A stretch of 55,369 nt of DNA, counting the filler, from Sphacelaria rigidula (lineage: Eukaryota), in assembly GCA_964200075.2 (NCBI GenBank). It is 5 parts of 5 records of this genome, joined end to end, with 100 filler letters (N's around TTAATTAATTAA, not from the genome) between each part and the next. Parts side by side here need not be neighbours in the genome. Positions count along the whole stretch, not along the records: positions 1 to 10,995 come from CAXNAA020005560.1; positions 11,096 to 22,089 come from CAXNAA020005561.1; 3 more parts are not named here. One strand, 5' to 3'. Position numbers and translations under genes: made by a program. The notes under the pieces are model-generated. The model did no database searches and was not told the DNA's origin. It saw nothing but the letters and a program-made list of their open reading frames with translations. Shown in pieces: positions 1-12,405 of the stretch. How positions within the stretch are numbered: the first letter of the stretch is position 1; every line of letters begins with the position of its first letter.

Positions 1-249
1 ATGGTTCCATTTCTTTACCTACTGGTAGCTAATTATAACTTTTACATGTCCTAGAAATTTGGATAAAATGTTGCGGTGCCTACGAATGTCCAACAACTAT
101 CCCAAAATAAACAGTCTTCCGCATTTTTGAAAGTCCCGTACAAGGTGGTTCAGGTGGTTACATATAACTACCCTATATCGTCGGTGAAGGCACCCAAAAT
201 CTCTTCAGCAAGCGTGAACAACAGTGGATTCTACAAATTAAGGATGAAC

Positions 250-615
250 ATTTGTTTAGGATGAGCCTCTGCAACCTTGAAAGATGGACATTGAGATATT
301 TTGAAATTAAAAATGTAAACGCGTTCTCTTGCCGCGATGTGTGGCGTCGCTCATCCTCAAAGAAATCCATTCGTAATTTGTAAATCCCGTGTTCACAGCC
401 AACATCTTTGACCTCCATTCATTCCCGTATACGAAAATATTGTTTCTACACTTCTTAGAATCCTCTTTTTACGTGGGATTTTGCAAGGTGCGAATGGATC
501 TGTTTTTCGGCATGAGCGACGCCACACATCACGGCCCGATATAGTTTGTCTTTGCATTTTGTTGTCGAGATCATTTCGGTATTCATGGAGGTTCCCAAAG
601 GTTCATCCTGAGAAA
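250..615. mobile_element. Degenerate foldback / inverted-repeat element
   Basis: gccgcgatgtgtggcgtcgctcatcc...atccattcg (~331-373) is inverted at ~490-535; outer arms aggatgagcct / aggttcatcct. Confidence 0.55.
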
Positions 616-1585
616 AGATCCATCCTCAACCACCTGTAAAATGCTGTGTTCGTAGCAGCGTACGCCAAGGCATATGGTTTGAGCACAGGAGCAAACGATG
701 CATGTCAATCTATGCAGTTTGTTCTTGTTTGTGGTCTTAAATATGCTCTTTCTTTTTAAGAGGACAAGACGTGCGACCTGTCGGGCCTTAGTAGCATATG
801 AACATATGAACGTTACCGTACATTTTGTCTCCTGCAGGGAAAATGCACTGTCACATCCGGGGGAGAGACAAGCGAGGAGTCGCCACAACACCCGCCGCAG
901 CAGGGTCCCGCCCCGACGGAGGACTCGTCCACCGGGTCAAATACAGCTACATGGATGTCCAACCAGATCGCGAAAATGGCGCCGTGGTGAGAATCCATGC
1001 GCTCACAAGCACCATACTGAAGCACTAAAAACGTCGTTCAATGCATTTTCGAAACGAAAATAGAACTCCAGAGATGTCAAAGAGGGCACAAGGCTTTCCT
1101 CATTTGAAGGTCGCTCATACACATGAATATGATGAAAGGATGACGGACCAACCGACCAAGGGTTTGCTAGTCAACATGAAAAATGTCAACAAACCATTTC
1201 TGTGCACAACCCCCCGATTCGCACGGTGATTCTTCGTTCGTGCGGCCTTTGTGCTAAACAATGGCTTTGACAATACGGCTTTCGCCAGATGATTGAGAGT
1301 CTAGCGATAGATCGCGAGTGAGAACCCGAAGAAAAGAATATCCTCATCCATTCGTCGACTGGTGTTTCTCCGGGAATACTTCGCCTAGCCAGGCGAGGAG
1401 TGGCGCGAATGAAAGCTCTCAGTCTTGGGATGACTTCAATGTGTTCATTTTTGGATCGACCTCGTCAATCAGCAGAAATCTTGAACTCGAGATTTCCAAA
1501 ATAGCGTCAGTTCCGAAATAAATGCCCCGATAGGCCTTCACGTGTTCTCACACGTTTTCTATAGTAGCTTGCCCCTGGAGCCTCC

Positions 1586-1777
1586 TGTAATGCGTGGGAG
1601 GACCTCGTGCTTTTTCATCGCATCGGAGTGTAAACACCCCTAGGGTTAGTGTTGGGGTCAAGGTCAGGGGCGCGGTCCATACAGGGACTGGCCCGATTGG
1701 CCCCGGAAAACGTCGATCCTGACGTGTTTTGAACTACGATGCGGTGCGAAAACCCCGCGGTCCTCCAACGCATTACA
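1586..1777. mobile_element. MITE with TIRs TGTAATGCGT.GGAGGACC and internal telomere-like TTAGGG variants
   Basis: TIRs tgtaatgcgtgggaggacc / ggtcctccaacgcattaca; second copy at 4119-4329. Confidence 0.75.
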
Positions 1778-2499
1778 CCCCCGATACCCTCGAATAGGAG
1801 CTTATCGTGTAGCAAAAATAGGTACGCGATATCGTTGCAGGCAAAACAAAACACGCACGTGAAACATTGGTCAAGTTAGAGCAGTTTATGACACTCGAAC
1901 TCACTCAACGCTAGACTTATCATTCTGGCGAAAATCCGGTTTTAAGTCTCGTAATCTGTCTGTGTGATGTAGTTTTTTTACGAATAATAACGAGCAATGC
2001 TTCTCGCTTGTTGTACAGTCGCAAAATGTAGCGTTTGACGCGCACGGTTTACGTAGCATTAGTTGATGTGTTGATCGCCGCGTGATTGCTTTTCGGAATG
2101 ATCTTGTTCATCAGGTGACCTTGTAGCAACAACAGCCCCGTGCTGTGTACCCAGACAGACTACTGCCCTCTTGCGGTAAGTCAGGAAACAAATGTGTGCT
2201 TCAACTGTTTATTCTTAGTACCCCAGACCGAGGACATTAGGTGAAGAGAGGTGAGGGAAACGAGTGAGAGAAGAAAAAGTAGAGCACCCCCCTCTCACAA
2301 CGGCCCACGATCCAAAGTTCCCTGTCGGCGCATGAGCCGCTACCAGCTACCCAAGCAGTTTCCATATATGTAGGAACTACGAACAATCTTCCCTTTTTCA
2401 ACGAAGAAGTTTCTTAATAGTATTATTACTAGAATACTTGAACATCCCGCAATTTTCCCGCTCATACATGCTCGCTTATGTTTGTAGATGAACTATAAA

Positions 2500-4625
2500 C
2501 AACTAAAGATTGTGCAAGATGAGGTTCAACACTGAAATGGAGTTCAAATGCCCCTCCAAACTCGAGGTTTTGTGCGAAACATTATTGCGAAAGGAAGGCA
2601 CTAACGCAAAAAGTCTCTGCTGCAATTAAGTAGGTGTGGCTGGCTGGTAATAGGTGCACCGAATGAATGCGATGTACGCGGATGCCGATGACGATACCAC
2701 CGGAGGAGCAATGGCGGAGAGGCAGCTCCTCGCCTATGTCCTGTGTGTCCTCGTTCGGTGATTCCCACTTCTCGTTACATTCGGGACCCACGCCGTCATG
2801 CGCTGACCAGAAAGGCCTTGTCCGAGATTAGATTTCAAGCAGCGTAGTCGGCAGTAATTCAAACAAGCCCAGGTAATCAATTTGATGCTAAACTGACTGC
2901 CCCTAGCTATTCGATATCACAAATTGCACAAGCCTTGTAACGGAGGAGAGCTATGATTTAGGGATCTTACTCCACAGCATGAAAACGGCTCTCAGGAGCT
3001 GGGCGAGGGCGCTTTCCCCGGCTCCCGACAGGTTTAGCAAGAACAATGACATAGTTCTCGCAAGCTCTATCTCTATGGAACATTACCGGACACAGAGAGT
3101 TTTCTTCGAATAACATTCCCCGTTTTTTCACCCGTGAAGCGTTTTCTAGCAACAAATTTCAGCTTCGAACATAAATTGGCCCATTTCAGTCCAGTTCTAT
3201 ACCGATCGCTCTATGTAATTTGTAGAAAAGTTCGGGAAAACGTTTGGGCCGCATCTTCGTATGTCAGATTGAACCCAAAGCAAGCACTTTCCTTCAGCTC
3301 TTGAAAGACGTTTTGATGCTTTGGAATTACTTCCCAAATTCACAACTCTCCTCCGTTACAAGGCTAGTGCAATTTGTGATCGGTTGCTACTGGCAGTCCG
3401 TGCAGCAAAGAAATAATTGTCCGGGCTTGTTTGACTACCGCCGACTATGCTGCTTGAAGGCTACTCTTAGGCAAGGCTTTCCTGGTCAGCGCACGACGGC
3501 GTGGGTCACAAATGCAACGGTAAGTGGTTAATCATTCAGCACCCTTGTTCCTGGTGAAACTATAAACCATATCTCTCCCCAGCTTAGGATGACCCTCCTC
3601 ACATGGCAATTTTTCAAGAAACGGGCACGCACACCCTGCGGAACACGCGACCGGTTGTACATCGGGAAAACTCAGATTATAGTATGTCAGCCCCCATGTG
3701 GGTCACGCCAGCAACAGGTAAGTCACTGCCAGAGGAACCTTTTTTCACTCCTCATACCAAAGCGATGTCCACGAGTGTTTGATCTCTCATACATTCCCCC
3801 AGCTCGGGTGTGGCAGACTCAACTATAATCATAGCACCCCTCAACTTGCAGTTGGATCTTCGCGCAATCGTCGTTGCTCGCATGCGTGTGTGAGAGAGGA
3901 TAGTAGTGGTGACGGGAACATCGCCCTGCTTTTCGATGACGTGTTCTGCAGCGCACAGAGGCACGCCCTATCCAAAAAGAGCGGCAGAGAGGAAGCGATC
4001 TCTGCATTGGTCAGCGCCACAGACAAGATACGATTACTCTCGGCACCCCGATCTTTGTTGGGCTGTGTAGCAATAAGCCGCCTGTCAGCACATACATGGC
4101 AAATTGGTATGTGCTGCTTGTAATGCGTGAGAGGACCGCGTGCTTAGAGGACCGCGCCGTGGTTCAAAATACATCAGGATTGATGTTTTTCAACACCAAT
4201 CGGGCCAGTCCCTGCAGGTACCACGCCCCCGACCATAACCCTAACACTAACCCTGACCCTAACCCTAACCATGGGGATGTTCGAATTCCGATGCGGTCCT
4301 CGAAGCACGCGGTCCTCTCACGCATTACACTGGTAACACGATGCCAATCTCTTCAGCAATTGGGAATCGCCAAGCGAGGACACGCAAAGGACACGGGCGA
4401 GGAGTTTCCTCTACGCCATTGCTCCTCCGGTGGCATCGTCATCGAAACCCGTGTACACCGCATTCATTCGGTGCACCTGTTAATGACGACACCTGCCGCA
4501 CTGCCACACAGACGTTTTGCGTTAGTGCCTTCCTTTGGCAGTACTGTTTCGCGCAAAAACTCGATTTTTAGAAGGCCGCTTGAACCCCATTTTAGTGTTG
4601 AACCTCATTTTGCACAACCAGCTCT
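2500..4625. mobile_element. Nested foldback element (outer arms ~2500-2770 / ~4360-4625; inner arms ~2786-2950 / ~3346-3507)
   Basis: Reverse-complement pairs visible, e.g. acaagccttgtaacggaggagag / ctctcctccgttacaaggctagt; shares segments with 8164-10451. Confidence 0.7.
4119..4329. mobile_element. Same MITE family in opposite orientation, with a (CCTAAC)n-like tract
   Basis: tgtaatgcgtgagaggaccgcgtgctt ... aagcacgcggtcctctcacgcattaca. Confidence 0.8.
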
Positions 4626-4756
4626 TAATATTGAACACAGGTGATCCCCCACGGATGCAGCCATGGTGAAGAGATGGACCTACCGACGCTAGATGACATT
4701 CAAGACTTGCATACAGGCCTCTTGTGGAGGGGAATGCACGTTTGGCGTCTTCCCCC

Positions 4757-5329
4757 TGTTCAGGAGGCGAACAGGTTACCCATTGAACCAATGAGCGCAG
4801 TGAGCGCTCACTGATTGAATGGGTGACCTGTTCGCTTCCTGAACAAAATAAGTGCTGTGTGGCCCGTCCCGGCATGACACATCAGTGATCTCGGGGGCCC
4901 CTTACCCCTTGCCCCTCGCAAGCCTCACTGTTCCCACGTCAAACTCATTCCTCCCACAATCGATCATGCCGGGACTCGAACCGCAAATGTTTTGTTCATG
5001 AAGCGAACAGCTTCCCCATAAGCATATCTTTTGTGCAGGCAGCGAATAGTGTACCCATTGAACAAGTGAGTGCTCACTGGTTCAACGGGTAAACTGTTCG
5101 CTTCCTGAACAAAGATATGCGGTTCGAGTCCCGGCATGATCAATTGTGGAAGGAATGAGTTTGACATATGAACAGTGAGGCTTGCGAGGGGCAAGGGGCC
5201 CCGGAGATCACTGATATGTCATGCCGGGACGGACCACACGGCATATATTTTGTTCAGGAAGCGAACAGGTTTCTCATTGAACAAGTGAGCACTCACTGAT
5301 TCAATGGGTAGATAATTCGCTTCCTGAAT
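4757..5329. mobile_element. Palindromic element with three internal hairpins and a Pol III B-box (tRNA/SINE-like)
   Basis: Arms ~4800-5010 and ~5090-5300 are reverse complements; GGTTCGAGTCCC at 5121-5132 and its inverse near 4971-4983. Confidence 0.7.
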
Positions 5330-5834
5330 ACCCTCACCCCCGAGTAAATTATCAAAACAGCAAGAGCCAATTCGCTCTTCTATGCAGGCTACGAAGAATA
5401 TTGTGTTGGTGTTAGTCAGTACAGACTGCGCTTAGCAGAAAAGGTTCATCGCATACTATCGGGTGCGGTACAGATATTTCAATTTGCTTATGATGTTCTC
5501 TTGTTTGTAAGCAAAATATACTGATACTTATCGGCTATCATCTGAAACTACAGGAACAGAGTTGCGAGGTAACCTGCAAGAATTGTCTAACCAGTTTTAC
5601 GACGGATTCCCACCCATAATGTTTTCGGGCACTACATGTTATAAAACACTTGTGTGCAATGTGACTGGCCAGGGATGTATCTTCTCATTAGTGGTTAATC
5701 ACCAAAAAAATGCGTCGAGATTATGCTGAAACCAGCACGTAGCTGTTTACGGGGGAGAATCAAACCTCCATGAGAACCACAAACGGGGTAAGACAGTCAA
5801 GGGAAGCTTGGCGTAATCGTCCGGCTTTCCTTTG

Positions 5835-6172
5835 GAATATCATATCCATCTGGAATATCCATCTGGGATACCATGTCGATGTGAGACGTCCATCTGAGAT
5901 ATCAAGTCGATCTGGGATGTCTGGATAGGATATCAATACGAGTGGCTATTTGGGATGTCCGCCTTGGCTGTGGACACCAATCTGGGATATGGACAACCAT
6001 GTGGGATATATCTGGGATATCTAATTCCCAGGTGGATATCCGCATTCTCCTTATCCCTGAGGAAAATCCACACCCCAGATGGATGTCCCACATGGACATC
6101 CAAACCTCAGATTGTTTTCGATTCGAGATGTTGTGATATTCGAGATGGGTGCCAATCTAAGATATCCATATC
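5835..6172. repeat. Degenerate tandem repeat rich in ATATCCATCTGGGATAT-like units
   Basis: Many ccatctgggata / gatatc / gatgtcc units on both strands. Confidence 0.6.
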
Positions 6173-6295
6173 GTAGCTGGAGAGTTCATGATCAGGCAAC
6201 ACTGTCTGGCGAGTTTCATCGTGTTTTTCGTTTCTACAGGCCACCACCAAGCGGCACCTTGACCGTGGCACGTGGTAACTATGAAGCGCTAATAA

Positions 6296-6691
6296 CAGCC
6301 GAGCATCAAAATTGAGGATGGAGCTTTTCATCGAGAATGAGAACCGGGAGAATTAACATCGTCGCATTCACACCAAATCTTCGGAATTTGGTTCCATTGC
6401 TTCACCTACTGGTAGTGATTGACAACTACTACACACCACACAAATTTGGATTTCGAAACCCGAATGGTTGGGGTCCTGGGTGAATAACCAATTTCGGGGG
6501 ATTTCGGCGATCCGATCGGATCACCGAAATTCCCCGAAATTGTTTCTCACCTAGGACCCCAACATGTCGGTAATCAGAATCCAAATTTGTACGGCGTGTG
6601 TAGTAGTTGTCAATAGCTACCAGTAGGTGAAGAAATGGAACCACATTTCGAAGATTTGGTGTGGATACGAAGGCATTAATTCTCCGGGTTC
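6296..6691. mobile_element. Fully palindromic MITE, copy 1 (right end truncated)
   Basis: Centre GATCCGATCGGATC at 6509-6522; arms pair outward for about 170 bp. Confidence 0.8.
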
Positions 6692-7600
6692 ACACGTGGA
6701 CAGATAGCGCCCTGTAGGATGTGCTGCACAGGGTTCTTTCCAGTCTTTGTGACAACTCCTGTATACAGCATATGCAAACCCTACTACCTCCACCAGCATT
6801 TCGTATAGCGTTTTTCTCGACACAAGGTAGGTAATTCTGTGGAGTCACTCCCAATTTGAAAAATCCAAATTATTTTGTTACAAGATCTGTAGAATTATTT
6901 ATTCAGCGAAAGCTGTTCCGAGTAAATCCTCTTCTTGCCCAATTTCCAATTGGGGCAAGAAGAGGATATACTTCGGACAGCTTCTGCTGAACAAATCCCA
7001 TACACTGGCAGAATTGGAAATTGTACAGCAGACGCTGCTCGAAATGAATCCTCACTTTGCCCGCCAATTCATCCAGAAATTGGGCAAAAAGATAACTTGT
7101 TGCGAACAGCCTCAGTTGTGCAAGTCCCACATACTGTACCGTAATCGGCGTATGAGATTCGAGAGGCAGAATAATTTGTTGAAAATTCATCCTTTTGATC
7201 CCGATTCACATGTCACCTAATAAGGGAATTTTCAACAGCATGTGCTGCTTTCATATCCCATACACTAACTGCGAGCGTATGACCACACGGCTGAGCTCAG
7301 CTGTGGTAATGGTGCGAGAGCAGCATATACCTTCCTATAGTGTGTACACGACAGTCCTGAAAACCCCGTAGTCTCGTGCTGACCAAAAACAACCGCAAGA
7401 ACATCGAGATATAGCAGGGATATCGCCACAACAATACTGGCGGTATGGTGCTGTACTGGACTCTACAATACCGTTCAGGACAGCACCATACCGTGCAGAC
7501 ACGTGTGGTGGCCCATATGCTACAAATCTAGCGCAGCGGCATGCGCTATAGGTACGGCTATACGATGTGGATGCCGGTCTGTTTAGATTCAGATACATAA

Positions 7601-8042
7601 CAGCCGATCGTCGAAATTGAGGATGAAGCTTTCGATTGAGGATGAGAACCCGGGGGATTGAAATCTCCGTATCCACAACAAATCTTCGAAATATGGTCCT
7701 TCCTTCACCCAGTGATAGTTATTGACAGCTGCTATACGCCCTACAAATTTGGATTTCGAACCCCGAAATGTTGGGGTCCTAGATGAAGGAAACATTTGAG
7801 GGAATTTAGGTGATCCGATCGGATCGCCGAAATTCCCCGAAATTGGTTTTTCACGTAGGATCCCAACATTTCGGTAATCGGAATCCAACTTTTTATGGCG
7901 TGTATTACTTGTCAATAGCTACCAGTAGGTAGGTAAAGGAATGGAACCATATTTCGGCGGTTTGGTGTGGATACGACGGTTTTAATCCTCCAGGTTTCCA
8001 TCCGCAACGAAAAGCTTCATCCTCAATTTCGATGATCGGCTA
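7601..8042. mobile_element. Fully palindromic MITE, copy 2 (about 440 bp)
   Basis: Centre GATCCGATCGGATC at 7812-7825; ends cagccgatcgtcgaaattgagg / cctcaatttcgatgatcggcta; a further fragment lies at 1-35. Confidence 0.8.
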
Positions 8043-8163
8043 TTATATGGGAGTATTGTATACCGCCATGTAGCCGAATGAGGTGGATCATGATATGTGT
8101 GGGTCGCCCATGAATTGCGATCACTGTTGTGCACGGGCAGCACGGTACATGTGTTTGCCCAAC

Positions 8164-10451
8164 AACAGCGGATCCTGAAAAGTGGGGTCCATCTCAAAAA
8201 TGAGATTCAAGTGGCATTTCTCTTTTGCAGGGATGACGCGAAACACGTACGACCGAGCGAAGCCATCTCCCCCCCCAAGTGTCCGCAGCAGTTAAGCAGC
8301 TGTGGCTAAATGCACCGAACGATTGCGGTGTACACACGTGTCGATGACGATATCACCAGAGAGAGAAGCGACGACAGAGAAGGAGCTCCTCGCCCGTGTC
8401 CTTTTTGTGTCCTCGCTCGGCGATAAACCAATCGCTCGAGAGACTGGCTTCATCGATGTTACCAGCATGTACCCAATTTTTCATGTGCCGAATCATCGAG
8501 CTTCGGAAAGATTTCCTCTCGTCCTACACTTGCCTGTCGAGCTCACGAATGCGAAGATCGATTTCTCTCTGCCTCTCGTTTTGGACAGGACGTGTCTCTG
8601 TGCGCTGAAACACGTGTCCTTCCAAAATAGGGCAGTGTTCCCGTCACCGCTACTACTGTTCTCTGTCACACACATACCAGCAAGGGCGGTGGTGCGGCGA
8701 AAACAACAGATATATCCAATTTGAACTTGGGGGGTGTTATTCATCGTTGATTTTACCCGACATGTATGTGAGCAACCCTCTGGGCGCCCAACGACAACAG
8801 CGTGGGAGACGCCAGTTGAGAGGGGGGTGGATGAGCCATCAAACACTTGTGGAGACCTTCTTGACATGCGGAGTGAAAACAAATGCCTATGATAGTGATC
8901 TAATCGTTGCGAGCGTGATGCTGCAATCTGGAGCACGCGCTGGCTGCGTGAACCTTGGTACAGTAGCTTTCAAGAAATAATTCCGATGTGACGAGGTCAC
9001 GCATTACCACCTGGGGCAAAATATGAACCCACGAAGAACAAGAATGCTCTATGATCAATCATTTGTCGTTGCATCCGACACCCACGCCATCAACCGCCAC
9101 CCTTAAAGATCTTGTGGCTTTCAAGCAACGCTGGCGGCAGTACGGCAGGCAAACCCTATCATAGCTAGCTTTCGTTGCTCTACTGGACTGGCTGGCGTCT
9201 GCATAGAGGTCGCCCGACGTAGCAACATGTGCCAAATTTCGCCATCTCTGTGAAAACAAAACAGTTCAGTTCTCCCAACTACATAAACATGATTAAAAGG
9301 ACTCTAGTGGTCTGAGGAACTGTGGCTTCCCTGTCCTCCTGCCAGGTATGTGAGAAGGACGACAGAGATTTTGGAATCGCATGTAACACTCGCGGGGAAA
9401 TATATAGGTTCTTTATGAAAATCCGCGCTTTCCAACTTGCAAATCGTATAATGCCTGTTGCTCTCTAATAAGAGCATTAAACCGTCAGTTTCTGTTCCGT
9501 TCTGTACTGATTGGGACATCCCCATGTCAGGAAAGTTTGGTATTGCTGTTTTACAGTATCTTCGCAAGTGTGGACGGGCCCAAAGCGGCCACATTCCCTC
9601 ACATCACTAGAGTCCTTTTAATCATGTTTATGTAGTTAGGAAAACCGAACTGTTTTGTTTTCACAGAGATTGCGAAATTTGGCACATGTTGCTACGCCGG
9701 GCGACCTCTATGCAGACGCCAGCCAGTCCAGTAGAGCGACGAAAGCTAGCTATGATAAGGTTCGCCTGCCGTACTGCCGCCAGCGTTGCTTGAAAGCCAC
9801 AAGATCTTTAAGGTTGGCGGTTGATGGCGTGGGTGTCAGATGCAACGACAAGTGGTTGATCATAGAGCACCCCTGTTCTTCGGGACGGGGAAACCGCAGT
9901 TGCTCGGGGAAAAAGAGCCATTTCAATGATCTAGACGTAGTTTCGAAAACCGAACTGTTTTGTTTTCATACAGTAGCTGTTCCGAATTTGGATACATAGT
10001 AACATGTTGTTACCGTGTGTGACCTCTCGGCATACGCTGTGCAGACGGAAGTCAGTAGAGTAGAGCAGCGAAAGCTCCAGATTGCAGCTGACACACCCCT
10101 CTGCACCACGCTGGCAACAGTTAGGTCACCACCATAGGTATGGTTGTCCACCCCGGATGTCAAGAAGGTCTTCACGAGCTTTTGATCTCTCTCTCTCTCT
10201 CACACACACACACGCCACAACTGGCCTGTGGCAGGCTCTTGTGGTCGGGCGCCATGACTGTCAGATACGTTATGTCGTTGTGTACACCGCAGTCGTTCGG
10301 TGCATTTAGCCACAACTGATGATTCACAGTTGCAGACTTTTGTGGGGAAAGATAGTTTCGCTCTGTTAATGTTTCGCGTCGTCCCTGCAAAAAAGATATG
10401 CCACTTGAACCTCATTTTAGGGATGGGCCCCATTTTTCAGGATCCGCTGTT
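8164..10451. mobile_element. About 2.3-kb nested foldback element with near-identical inner arms 9032-9309 / 9605-9882
   Basis: Termini aacagcggatcctgaaaa / ttttcaggatccgctgtt; intermediate arms ~8835-8935 / ~10070-10185; inner arms give near-identical ORF translations on opposite strands. Confidence 0.75.
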
Positions 10452-10995
10452 ATATGCGGATCACGGCCAAACTCTTCTGTCTCGATGCGATATTGGTTCA
10501 GGAGCTCATGTTAGCGTCTAGGCCGGCCCACCCTGTGGGGTGATGGCTACATTTCATTCATTTTCTCCTACAAACATCCGGCAGAAGCCGGCGAAACTGC
10601 CAGCGAGGGTATAAAGTAAGTCGCAAGAACCGTTTCTACATGATAGATACGTTGTTGCTCGTTCACTGATCAGCATGAAAGAACAGCCTTGATCGGATTG
10701 AAAACACTTTGAGCTTCACTTGGCTGGCGAAGGTCACTGTTCCGTCAAACCTTATCAAGTGATGACCTTGTCGTCCAGCTTCCCCACTGAGTCATCCTAC
10801 AAAGGGGGGCGGGGGTATATTGGGCCACTTCTTGCACACAATTCCAGGGCGAATCGCCGCTGAAAAATACAAGCGCATCGCGAGTGTTGCAGGTCATCTG
10901 ACACACTTATCAGCCTTTTTTTCGTGCAATCAAATACCCCCCCCCCCACACCCACGCATGCCCCCACAACACTGTCGCCCGCAGAACTTTACATT

Positions 10996-11095
10996 NNNNN
11001 NNNNNNNNNNNNNNNNNNNNNNNNNNNNNNNNNNNNNNNTTAATTAATTAANNNNNNNNNNNNNNNNNNNNNNNNNNNNNNNNNNNNNNNNNNNN
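10996..11095. other. Artificial contig linker (N44-TTAATTAATTAA-N44)
   Basis: 44 N + TTAATTAATTAA (stops in all six frames) + 44 N; the identical 100-bp structure occurs four times. Confidence 0.97.
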
Positions 11096-12405
11096 TATAC
11101 ACTGCCTCATGGGTGCCTCACCATATAAACTCTACGTGAAACGATCATCCCCATTGTACGGAGTTGAGGTTCTCCCATGCCGCACAACATGATCTAGCTC
11201 GACGACCACCATGGTTGCCGCAAAAAAAAACGTTTTTTTTTTGGGGGGGGGCGTACTTATTTGTTGCTTGGCTTTGTGGGGGGTAAAAAGTGTCATTGAT
11301 AGATAGGTTAATTGCTTGATTGATTGCTCGAGTGATATGTTGCGAGGGTCGGACGAATCAATGATTCGTCCGGAAATTACTTGATTTTAGTGTAATTGAT
11401 TCGTGCGGTACGAATGAATTCTCACGCTTTTGTTGTCAGCGTTGCAACCCAGGTACGCGAAGCCCAGGCAGGTGGAATGGTCGAAACGTTGCGTGGAGAC
11501 CTGTTTGACCGGCGGTCGACTTTTTCTTTCTCTTTCGATCAATCAGGCCTAAGCAATCGTGGATTTGGTGATTCGAACCGGCGATGATTCGTCCAAACCG
11601 TGATATGCTGATTGGTTGATTGATTGATTGATTCGTTGTTGTCTTCACATGTAAAAGCGTGTCGATATCTGGTCAGTGCTTCTCACCTCTCTGATACGGA
11701 CGCCTTCCGTGGTCGCAGGCTAAATGCCCCCAAAAAGTTATTTAAGGAAATCACGTGAAAATAAAAAATAGCTCCAGAAAACTCGATACGGACGCACGAC
11801 ACAAGAAGATTTGATAATAGCCGCTGAAAATCCGGTGCCGCAGGCGACCATTCGTACAAATGGTATTGAGCCCATCGCTCCCACTCGACGCGCGTGATTG
11901 TCGCACATTAATGCAAGTATACATACAGAAATTTATGTATGTATGTATGTATAGAGGGGTCATGCCACGATAGAGGGGTGTCCTAATTTGTTGCTTGCCT
12001 CGGTCATTTGACCCTTGACCACGCACCCCTTTCGAGACGGGGCACCGTTCCTATTTCTCATAAAAAAACCTTCAACATTTCGGTGCTCATTCCTTCGAGG
12101 CACTCATGATCATGCATGCCTTAGTCATAAGACCATTGACCTCGCATCCCTACAAAGCCGCGACGGAGCACGCTTGGTTTTCGCCCGACCAGCCTCGCAA
12201 TCAATCACCAAGCGCAAAGCGCCGTGATGTGTTCCATGAGTCGCATGAAGGGTGAGCTGCATCCTGCAAAGATAGTTCGGCCCGAAGTGTACTGGCTATC
12301 TTTCATTTGGATGAGACAGCCTCCAATGAGTTGTTTCATTTTCTGGTATCGCCACTTCCAGAGACAGCCACGGCTTACACACTGCCTCATGGGTGTCTCG
12401 CCATA

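Noticed and set aside
5070-5140. Functional tRNA gene
   Set aside because: B-box and anticodon-like stem are present, but there is no good acceptor stem and no U33, and it is embedded in a palindromic repeat.
11040-11051. TTAATTAATTAA as a periodic biological motif (about 11.09-kb spacing)
   Set aside because: Six-frame stop spacer embedded in Ns; the periodicity comes from size sorting of contigs.
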